DNA of 64,000 nt from Bacteroidota bacterium (GTDB lineage Bacteria; Bacteroidota; Bacteroidia; JABEUT01): contig JABCZW010000007.1 of assembly GCA_013289475.1 (NCBI GenBank), forward strand, positions 3,131 through 67,130. The letters are read 5' to 3'. The position numbers and the translations under genes are program-made. Each line of letters begins with the position of its first letter. The stretch's first letter is position 1. Positions 19,111 through 27,198 of the stretch are shown one piece after another. A model generated the notes under the pieces. That model was not told the DNA's origin. It searched no databases and was given only the letters and a program-made list of their open reading frames with translations.

Positions 19111-21009
19111 ATGAATAAAAAGAAAAGCCCACCAGGTACTCCAATATCTGTAAAACCTTCAGGAGTATTTAATTTTAGTTTTAATATAAAATGTATAATA
19201 CTTGCTGCTATTGCTTTTGTATTTTACATAAATACCACAAGCAACCAGTATGCACTCGATGACACTCTGGTTATTACCGGTAACAATTATGTACAACAGG
19301 GCTTTTCGGGCATAAAAAAAATAATGACTACCGATACCTATGACAGCTTTAACAAGTATATGCATGCAGGCAATAGCCAGCAACTATCAGGAGGAAGGTA
19401 TCGCCCCTTATCGGTTGTAATATTTGCTATAGAGCATCAACTATTGGGAGAATCACCAGCCACCAGGCATTTTATTAGTGTATTGGCATTTATCTTATGT
19501 GTTCTTTCCATTTTTTATTTTCTGGCCTTTTACCTTTTAAAGAAGCTATCATTTGGACAAGACATTGCGTTTATTGCAACACTGCTATTCGCCATTCACC
19601 CATTACATACCGAGGTTGTTGCCAACGTAAAAAGTCTTGATGAGATATTATCACTCACACTTATTATGCTCACGTTCATCTTCAGCCTTAAGTATATTGA
19701 AACAAAAAAAATAACGAATCTAATTATTGGAACAGCCTCCCTTTTGTTTGCGTTGCTGGCAAAGGAATATGCAATAGCTTTAATATTTCTATTGCCCTTA
19801 CTATTTTACCTCCTGGGCAACGAAAAACCCATTGAGTCTTTACGTAAAGGAATTCCGTACTATGCAGTAGCTGTAATTTATCTACTAATTCGCTTTTCAG
19901 CGGTAGGCATACCGCACAGCCTGCAAAACGACAGGATACTTACTAATCCTTACTTATATGCCACACCAATCCAGAAGATAGCAACTGAAATATTTGTATT
20001 AGGAAAATATATTGGCTTGCTTTTCTTCCCCTGCCCTCTTTCTGCCGATTATTCTTATGCGCAAATTGCGTATCACGATTTTTCAAATCTTTCTGTTTGG
20101 GTTTCAATACTAATCTATATATCTCTTGCAGCATGGGGAATAAAACTGGCAATAAAGAAAAATATACTGGCCTTCCCGGTTTTCTTCTTCTTGGCAAATA
20201 TTGCCTTGGTATCGAACATTGGGTTTGATATTGGTGCAACTATGGGAGAACGCCTGGTGTTCCATTCTTCACTTGGGTTTGTAATTTTAATTTCCTTCGG
20301 GTTGTTTAAACTTATTGAGAAATTAACACCTGTACAGAAAAAACTGGTTATAACTCCAATTGTAATAATATTGGTTGCCCTATGCGGAGCAGAAACATTG
20401 AAGCGCAATACTGAATGGAAAAATGATACAACTTTATTTATTGCCGATGTAAAAAAAGTTCCAAATAGTTTTATGGCAAATGGCAATGCAGGAGCAGGCT
20501 ATATAAGGCTTTCATTAGACAGCAGTAATGCAGCGCATAAAAAGGAATTAATTGACACGGCCATTTTTTACCTGCGCAGATCAATTGTATTTTACAAAAC
20601 ATACGATGTAAGTTATTACAACCTTGGTGCCTGCTATTTAAATCTGGGCAATCCTGATTTAGCTAAGATGTATTGGGACAGCGCCAAAGTTATAAATGTC
20701 AACTATCCTCCACTGGAAGGAACAGGAATACTATTAGGTAAAGCGTTTTTAGCAAAAGGCCTGCAATACCACGCCGAAGGTAAATTAAGGGAGGCTTTAC
20801 ATGAATTAAAACTGGGGCTTTTTTCAGATAACACCAATGTTGACCTGTGGGATAATATTGGTGGAGCTTACTATACATTAGGACAGTATGATTCTGCCCG
20901 CTATGCCTGGAGAGCAACCTTGCAGCTTAACCCAAAACAAGAAGATGCAAGGAAAGGGTTAGCTGCATTACCGACTCAAATAAAAGATACTGTAAAAGGG
21001 ATTAAATAG
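19111..21009 (+). CDS. TMTC/DUF1736-type GT-C membrane glycosyltransferase homolog with C-terminal TPRs (paralog B)
   Basis: 632 aa, colinear with paralog A: YALDDTLVIT, GGRYRPLS, FAIHPLHTEVVANVKSLDE, GATMGERLVFHSS, and TPRs ending WDNIGGAYYTLGQYDSARYAW. Starts 5 nt after paralog A. Confidence 0.7.
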   Translation: MNKKKSPPGTPISVKPSGVFNFSFNIKCIILAAIAFVFYINTTSNQYALDDTLVITGNNYVQQGFSGIKKIMTTDTYDSFNKYMHAGNSQQLSGGRYRPLSVVIFAIEHQLLGESPATRHFISVLAFILCVLSIFYFLAFYLLKKLSFGQDIAFIATLLFAIHPLHTEVVANVKSLDEILSLTLIMLTFIFSLKYIETKKITNLIIGTASLLFALLAKEYAIALIFLLPLLFYLLGNEKPIESLRKGIPYYAVAVIYLLIRFSAVGIPHSLQNDRILTNPYLYATPIQKIATEIFVLGKYIGLLFFPCPLSADYSYAQIAYHDFSNLSVWVSILIYISLAAWGIKLAIKKNILAFPVFFFLANIALVSNIGFDIGATMGERLVFHSSLGFVILISFGLFKLIEKLTPVQKKLVITPIVIILVALCGAETLKRNTEWKNDTTLFIADVKKVPNSFMANGNAGAGYIRLSLDSSNAAHKKELIDTAIFYLRRSIVFYKTYDVSYYNLGACYLNLGNPDLAKMYWDSAKVINVNYPPLEGTGILLGKAFLAKGLQYHAEGKLREALHELKLGLFSDNTNVDLWDNIGGAYYTLGQYDSARYAWRATLQLNPKQEDARKGLAALPTQIKDTVKGIK

Positions 21010-22486
21010 CGCCACTCTCAATAAAAGCCACACTCTTATTTATAGCTTCATACATTACCCTATCCTTATCAATAAAGGGAACCTGTTTTTGAAACTTAGT
21101 ATGAATAGCCTCTAATACTGGTGAAGTTTTCTCGGGCTTGCGGAAAGTAATAGCCTGGGCTGCATTAATAAGCTCGATAGCAAGGACAGTTTTTACATTC
21201 TGGAGAATCTTATAACACTTTGTCGCTGCATTGGCACCCATACTAACGTAGTCTTCCTGTCCGTTAGATGATTCTATACTATCAACAGAAGCAGGTGTAG
21301 CATACTGCTTATTCTGGCTAACTATTGATGCCGCAGTATATTGCAATATCATAAGGCCCGAATTCAAACCGGCATCTTTAGTAAGGAACACAGGTAAATC
21401 CTTTTTACCTGAAATCATTTTATAAGTCCTTCGTTCTGAAATATTACCAAGGTCTGCAAGGGCAATGCACAAATAATCGAGTGCCATTGCCAATGGGTGG
21501 CCATGAAAATTACCGCCGGATATAATTTCGTCTTCATCCGGAAAAATAAGCGGGTTATCAGTAACTGAATTGATCTCTTTCAGGAAAATACTCTGCACAT
21601 GCTCTATAACATCTCTTATAGCACCATGTACCTGTGGTATGCAGCGGAATGAATAAGGATCCTGCACATCTGATTTTTTGCGCAATGCAATTCTACTTCC
21701 TTTCATTACTTGCATAATATATGCAGCACATTCCTTTTGCCCTTTATGCGCACGAACCCTTTGAACTAGTTCTGAAAATGGCTCAAGGCGGCAATCATAT
21801 CCATCTAATGACATAGCAGCAATGGTATCGGCTGTAATGGAAAGTTTTTGTGCCTGTAATAGTAACCAAGTACCATAAGCTCCCATAAACTGTGTACCAT
21901 TTAGCAAAGCAAGGCCTTCTTTAGGTTTAAGTGCAAGCGGCTTCCATTTTAATTCCTTATATAATTGTGCTGTACTTTTCCTCTTTCCCTTATGATAAAC
22001 TTCTCCCTCACCTATCAATGGCAAGCAAAGGTGGGCCAGCGGCGCTAAATCGCCTGAAGCGCCTAATGAACCTTGCTCATAAACAACTGGTAGAATATCG
22101 TTATTATAAAAATCTATTAGCCTTTCAACCGTACTAATATCAATACCCGAGTGCCCATAACTGAGTGATTGCACTTTTAGTATCAGCATTAGCCTTACAA
22201 TTTCAGCAGGTACCTCGTTGCCACTACCACAAGCATGCGAAAGCAAAAGGTTAGTTTGTAACTGGCTATAATCCTTAGGGTTTATTTTAACATTCCGCAA
22301 TGAACCAAAACCTGTGTTTATGCCATATACCGGGGTAACGGATGTGACGAGTTTTTTATCCAGGTATTTCCTCGACTTATTAATTCGCTTCTCTGCATCT
22401 TCGGAAAGCGCTATACGTGCCTTATCACCAAGAATACCCTTTATAGTAGCAAAATCTATCTTATCGTTTATTGCAAAAAGCTTCAT
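21002..22486 (-). CDS. hutH: Histidine ammonia-lyase
   Basis: 494 aa. MIO-forming GSLGASGDLAPLAHL. The substrate-selectivity positions read Ser-His (NLLLSHACGSG), as in HALs rather than TAL or PAL. The ATG overlaps the hisS stop (ATGA). Confidence 0.85.
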   Translation of the reverse strand: MKLFAINDKIDFATIKGILGDKARIALSEDAEKRINKSRKYLDKKLVTSVTPVYGINTGFGSLRNVKINPKDYSQLQTNLLLSHACGSGNEVPAEIVRLMLILKVQSLSYGHSGIDISTVERLIDFYNNDILPVVYEQGSLGASGDLAPLAHLCLPLIGEGEVYHKGKRKSTAQLYKELKWKPLALKPKEGLALLNGTQFMGAYGTWLLLQAQKLSITADTIAAMSLDGYDCRLEPFSELVQRVRAHKGQKECAAYIMQVMKGSRIALRKKSDVQDPYSFRCIPQVHGAIRDVIEHVQSIFLKEINSVTDNPLIFPDEDEIISGGNFHGHPLAMALDYLCIALADLGNISERRTYKMISGKKDLPVFLTKDAGLNSGLMILQYTAASIVSQNKQYATPASVDSIESSNGQEDYVSMGANAATKCYKILQNVKTVLAIELINAAQAITFRKPEKTSPVLEAIHTKFQKQVPFIDKDRVMYEAINKSVAFIESGAI

Positions 22487-23898
22487 ACAATATGTTTTAT
22501 TAATTCCCCAGATGAAATTTCTCTTTCTTCTCCCGAAGCCATATTCTTCAATTTCAAAACACCTTTCTGCATTTCATCGGCACCAACAAAAACAACATAG
22601 GCAATCTTCTTGTCATTGGCATAACTCATTTGTTTCTTAAACTTTGCAGCATCGGGGTAAAATTCGGTACTTATATTCTCCTTTCTTAAATCAGCAACTA
22701 TAGGCAAACAATACTGCGCCTCTTTTTCCCCGAAATTCACGAACATTACTTTAGTAGTGCCTGTAACCCCTTCAGGGAATTTATTTAGTTCTTCCATTAC
22801 ATCATATATCCTGTCGGCGCCAAATGAAATTCCCACACCTGAAATATTTGGCAAGCCAAATATGCCTGTCAAATCATCATACCTGCCACCACCGCAAATG
22901 CTACTTGTAAACTCCGATTTACATTTATTCCTGTCAACCTTCACTTCAATAATTGAACCGGTATAATAGTTCAATCCTCTTGCTAATGAAAGGTCTGGTT
23001 CAATTTTAGATGTTATTTTCAATTGCTTTTGGCAAGTAGTCATTATTTTGTTTACCTCATTATTCCCTTCTTCAAATACAGCCTGGCTAATTGCTTCCCC
23101 TTCAAATAGCACCCTGAATAATTGATTTATTTCAGCATCACTAAAGTCATATTCCTTTAACTCCTTGGCTACACCTTCTCCTCCAATCTTTTCATACTTA
23201 TCAATAACGGTAGCTATTTCTGCAACGGGAACATCAAACACGTTTGCTATACCTTGCAATACCTTACGATTATTTAATTTTATTATTACCGGCACGCCAA
23301 GTTTATTAAATACTTCATCTATTATTTGTATCAACTCCACTTCGTTTAATAAAGAATCGCTACCAATAACATCGGCATCGCACTGGTAAAACTCACGATA
23401 ACGTCCCTTTTGCGGGCGATCGGCACGCCAAACGGGTTGTATCTGGTAACGTTTAAACGGGAATGTAATATCATTCTGATGTTGAACCACATAACGGGCA
23501 AAAGGAACAGTTAAATCGTATCGCAAAGCTTTTTCGGAAATATGCTTAGTAAGCTCCTTAGAGCTCATTGCTTTTATATCTTTATCCTTTACACCATCTA
23601 AAAAATCACCGCTGTTCAATATCTTAAATATCAGCTTATCTCCTTCCTCGCCATACTTACCCATAAGGGTATCGAGGTTCTCCATACTTGGGGTTTCTAT
23701 AGGCAAATAGCCATAATTACGGAACACCTGTCTTATGGTATCGAATATATAATTACGTTTCACCATTTCTTGCGGTGAAAAATCACGGGTGCCTTTAGGT
23801 ATCGAAGGTTTCAAAATATAACTTATTACTGTTTTATTATCGGGGACAAAAATACCATTCATTTTCAAATAGCATAAGGTTAAACGTTTCTGTAGCAA
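22483..23898 (-). CDS. hisS: Histidine-tRNA ligase
   Basis: Class II aaRS motifs: KGTRDF, FKRYQIQPVWRADRPQKGRYREFYQCD and GGGRYD. The ORF-track start (TTG at 23898) is probably too long. The ATG at 23862, or the TTG at 23814 giving (M)KPSIPKGTRDF, are more likely starts. Confidence 0.9.
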   Translation of the reverse strand: MLQKRLTLCYLKMNGIFVPDNKTVISYILKPSIPKGTRDFSPQEMVKRNYIFDTIRQVFRNYGYLPIETPSMENLDTLMGKYGEEGDKLIFKILNSGDFLDGVKDKDIKAMSSKELTKHISEKALRYDLTVPFARYVVQHQNDITFPFKRYQIQPVWRADRPQKGRYREFYQCDADVIGSDSLLNEVELIQIIDEVFNKLGVPVIIKLNNRKVLQGIANVFDVPVAEIATVIDKYEKIGGEGVAKELKEYDFSDAEINQLFRVLFEGEAISQAVFEEGNNEVNKIMTTCQKQLKITSKIEPDLSLARGLNYYTGSIIEVKVDRNKCKSEFTSSICGGGRYDDLTGIFGLPNISGVGISFGADRIYDVMEELNKFPEGVTGTTKVMFVNFGEKEAQYCLPIVADLRKENISTEFYPDAAKFKKQMSYANDKKIAYVVFVGADEMQKGVLKLKNMASGEEREISSGELIKHIV

Positions 23899-23997
23899 AG
23901 TTTGTAATCTGGCGTTTTTTTATATCTTTACTTTACAAACTACGGCTTAAACTAAACAGTTTAAGAATAGAATACTGGGAATTCTAATAAAACTTGC

Positions 23998-26760
23998 TTG
24001 GCCACTATTATTAAATATATATTGTTTACGCGTAAGGGTTATGCGCACTTTCTTCTTGTATTCCTTATATTTCTCAATGTAAGTGCATATTCTGCGCCTA
24101 ATAAAGTTGATTCCTTAAAAAATGCTCTAAAATCAGCTAATGCCGATAGCACTAAGGTCCTTATACTGCATCAATTATACCAGGAAACTGATTCTGTAAA
24201 TTATGCCCGCCTGGGGTTTGACATAGCCGAAAAAACTGATTACCCTAAAGGAGCTGCCCTGATGTTAATGGATATAGGTCGCAGCGCATTTTTTAACGGA
24301 GATCCGGATATTGCATTAGGGTACCTTACTAAATGTGTAGAAATAGCGGAAAAAAAAGGAGAAGAAAAAGTACTTATTAGCGCATACAGGTATATCGGAT
24401 ATATCTATAGGCCCGATGATCCTTCGTTTGCAGAAGCATATTACAATAAAAGCTTAAAACTGGCAGAAAAAAATGGCGATGAAATTGCCGCTTCCTACGC
24501 CTATAGTGCCTTGGGTAATATTTATGAAACAATCTTTCAAGGCAACAACGAAAGTAACAGAACGGCCCTTCAATTCTATCTTAAAAGCCTTCATATGCGT
24601 GAAAAAGTTGGAGGATATGAAGAAATTGCCTCATCCTTAAATGAAACATCACGGGTATATAATTTACTGGGGCAGAATGATACTGCAATGGCACTAAGAT
24701 TGAAGGGGCTCGCAATTGCAGAACAAGTAAACAGCATTGAAAACATTACTTTTTTATGTAACCTGCTGGGTAACGATTATAGCTTCTTTAAGCATGATTT
24801 TAAGAAAGGCCTGGAATATCATTTAAGAGCATATAAGAACGCTTTAACATTTAAAAACAACTTCGATGTAAGATATGATATATCTAAAGGCGTTTCATAC
24901 GACTACCGAATGCTTGGAGATTTAAAGAAATCGAATGAGTTTTATCAGAATACTATTTTATATAATGACTCGGAGAGGGCATTGCAGGCAAAGCATGACT
25001 ATAATCTTTCAGGGCTTAAGCATAACCTAGAAAAAGAGCTTGATAAGCAAACACTACTATTAAAAGACGCACAAATATTAAAAGGAAATGCTGAATCATC
25101 AAGGCAAACCATTCTTTTAAATGCCTTTATTATAGGATTTCTGCTCATACTAGTCCTTTTCATAGTCATTTACAGGTGGAACATGCAGGAGAAAAGATCG
25201 AACCGTGAGCTGGAACTTAAGAACAAAAAAGTTGAAACCGCTTACCAGGTACTTGAAGCCAGTGAACGCAAATTTAAAGTTATTACAGAAACTATAAATG
25301 ATGTTTTTTACTTATACAATATCCGCGATAAAAAATATGAATACATAAGCCCAAACTGTGTTGATTTAGTTGGGTTTAACCAACAATGGTTTTATAAAGG
25401 CAATAGTATGAATGCGTTTGTTTTAGAAAGCGATTTGCCAATAATATACCGGGCCGATGAGGAAGTACAGGCAGGCAGGCCATATGAAATAGAATATAGG
25501 TTAATAGTTAATGGCAAAACAAAATGGATAGCGGAGAAATCTTCCCCAACTTTTGATGAAAAAGGCACTATGGTAATGCATTCAGGCATTTGCAGAGATA
25601 TAACAGCAAAGAAAACCGCAGAAGATAAATTCAAACTTATTACTGAAACAATAAACGATGTATTTTACTTATATAACATTGTAGAAAAAAAATATGAGCA
25701 TATCAGCCCGAATTGTCTTACCTTATTTGGGCTGGACCAGGAATTTTTCTATTCAGGCAAAAGCATGAAAATTATTGTCCATAAAGATGACCTTGCCCTT
25801 GTTATAGGCGCCAACACGAAAGTAGATTCTGGCATTGGTTACGATATTGAATATCGCATACTCGTTGATGGAGAAATAAAATGGATAGCTGAAAAATCAT
25901 CGCCTATATTTGATGAAAAAAATAACCTGGTAAGGAATTCAGGGATATGCAGGAATATCACACTGCGAAAAGCTAATGAAGCAATAATTGAAACGAAGAA
26001 TCAGGATATAAAAGACAGTATTTTATATGCCAATACAATCCAGCATGCTATTCTAACCCCAAAAGAAGAAATAGCTAAAAAGTTTAAAGATCTCTTTATT
26101 TTATCTAAACCCAAAGATATTGTAAGTGGCGATTTTTATTTTTACCGGGAAACCGAAAACGGGATAATATTAGCCCTGGCAGACTGTACTGGCCACGGCG
26201 TACCCGGAGGTTTTATGAGTATGCTTGGGAATGCTTTTTTAAATGAAATTGTAAACAATAACAAAGAACCAATTGCGGCTAAAATTCTTGACCAATTAAG
26301 AGAAATGGTTATTCGCCAGCTCAATCAAACAACCTCCTATAATTCAAATAAAGATGGTATGGATATAGCTCTGCTTATCTTCGAAAACAATAATTCGTCT
26401 TTACAATACGCCGGTGCTCATATTCCTTTACATATATTTAAAAATGGAGAACTTCAAACAATTATGGGAGATAAGTTACCTATTGGTATTAATATTGGTT
26501 ATAATAAAGCTAACTTCACTAATCATAAAATTTCATTACAAAAGGGTGACTCCCTTTATCTTTTAAGTGATGGTTTTGCAGACCAGTTTGGTGGCAAGAA
26601 TGGCAAGAAATTCTCAAAAAATCAGCTAAAAGATTTACTTGTATCTATTCAGAGTAAAAAGATGAATGAGCAGGAAGAAACATTAAACCAAACTTTTGAA
26701 GAATGGAAAGGCAACATGATTCAAATTGATGATGTAATGGCTATTGGCATTCGGGTTTAG
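23998..26760 (+). CDS. TPR - TM - PAS - PAS - PP2C (SpoIIE-family) serine phosphatase sensor
   Basis: 920 aa with a TTG start. Signal/anchor, periplasmic TPR array, TM helix (ILLNAFIIGFLLILVLFIVIY), two PAS units and C-terminal GDFYFY..ALADCTGHGVPGGFMSMLG...DGMD...SDGFADQ...DDV. Confidence 0.8.
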   Translation: MATIIKYILFTRKGYAHFLLVFLIFLNVSAYSAPNKVDSLKNALKSANADSTKVLILHQLYQETDSVNYARLGFDIAEKTDYPKGAALMLMDIGRSAFFNGDPDIALGYLTKCVEIAEKKGEEKVLISAYRYIGYIYRPDDPSFAEAYYNKSLKLAEKNGDEIAASYAYSALGNIYETIFQGNNESNRTALQFYLKSLHMREKVGGYEEIASSLNETSRVYNLLGQNDTAMALRLKGLAIAEQVNSIENITFLCNLLGNDYSFFKHDFKKGLEYHLRAYKNALTFKNNFDVRYDISKGVSYDYRMLGDLKKSNEFYQNTILYNDSERALQAKHDYNLSGLKHNLEKELDKQTLLLKDAQILKGNAESSRQTILLNAFIIGFLLILVLFIVIYRWNMQEKRSNRELELKNKKVETAYQVLEASERKFKVITETINDVFYLYNIRDKKYEYISPNCVDLVGFNQQWFYKGNSMNAFVLESDLPIIYRADEEVQAGRPYEIEYRLIVNGKTKWIAEKSSPTFDEKGTMVMHSGICRDITAKKTAEDKFKLITETINDVFYLYNIVEKKYEHISPNCLTLFGLDQEFFYSGKSMKIIVHKDDLALVIGANTKVDSGIGYDIEYRILVDGEIKWIAEKSSPIFDEKNNLVRNSGICRNITLRKANEAIIETKNQDIKDSILYANTIQHAILTPKEEIAKKFKDLFILSKPKDIVSGDFYFYRETENGIILALADCTGHGVPGGFMSMLGNAFLNEIVNNNKEPIAAKILDQLREMVIRQLNQTTSYNSNKDGMDIALLIFENNNSSLQYAGAHIPLHIFKNGELQTIMGDKLPIGINIGYNKANFTNHKISLQKGDSLYLLSDGFADQFGGKNGKKFSKNQLKDLLVSIQSKKMNEQEETLNQTFEEWKGNMIQIDDVMAIGIRV
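25270..25983 (+). repeat. Intragenic tandem duplication of a 357-nt (119-aa) PAS unit
   Basis: Unit 1 (25270-25626) begins KFKVITETINDVFYLYNIRDKKYEYISPNC and ends KWIAEKSSPTFDEKGTMVMHSGICRDIT. Unit 2 (25627-25983) begins KFKLITETINDVFYLYNIVEKKYEHISPNC and ends KWIAEKSSPIFDEKNNLVRNSGICRNIT. The two are directly abutting. Confidence 0.85.
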
Positions 26761-26799
26761 TTTTTCATTTATCTTTACTTTTTCACAGCCTAATACCAA

Positions 26800-27198
26800 A
26801 TGCAGACCGTTGACGAAGCACAATTGACCAGAGAAGCCATTGCTTTTACCCGCTATCTTATCAGTGAGGATGTCGATGCGCAGTCTATTGAACTGTATAG
26901 CAAGGCACAACAAAAGTTAAACATTACCCTTTCAGAAAATGAGGACCAAAGGCTCAATTTCATGCTAAACCACGCATTTATCATAGGTATGATAGATGGA
27001 GCACTGGCTTTGCAAAGCCCTCAAAGTGGAATTAGAAAGAAGATTTATATTATGCTTGCCATACTTGAAAGCGACCCCAACTATGCAAAACATTTTCTAC
27101 CCCAAGAGCAGAGAAGTCCATTCTTACAGCTAATAGGACTTGGAATAAAAGCAGCCTTCAACACTCTAACAGGCCTTATTCTCTTGCCATGGATTTAG
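26800..27198 (+). CDS. Small hydrophobic protein of unknown function (first gene of the GMC oxidoreductase operon)
   Basis: 132 aa. Helical N-terminal part, then hydrophobic segments (FIIGMIDGALAL, IYIMLAIL, FLQLIGLGIKAAFNTLTGLILLPWI). Overlaps the next ATG by 10 nt. Confidence 0.45.
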   Translation: MQTVDEAQLTREAIAFTRYLISEDVDAQSIELYSKAQQKLNITLSENEDQRLNFMLNHAFIIGMIDGALALQSPQSGIRKKIYIMLAILESDPNYAKHFLPQEQRSPFLQLIGLGIKAAFNTLTGLILLPWI

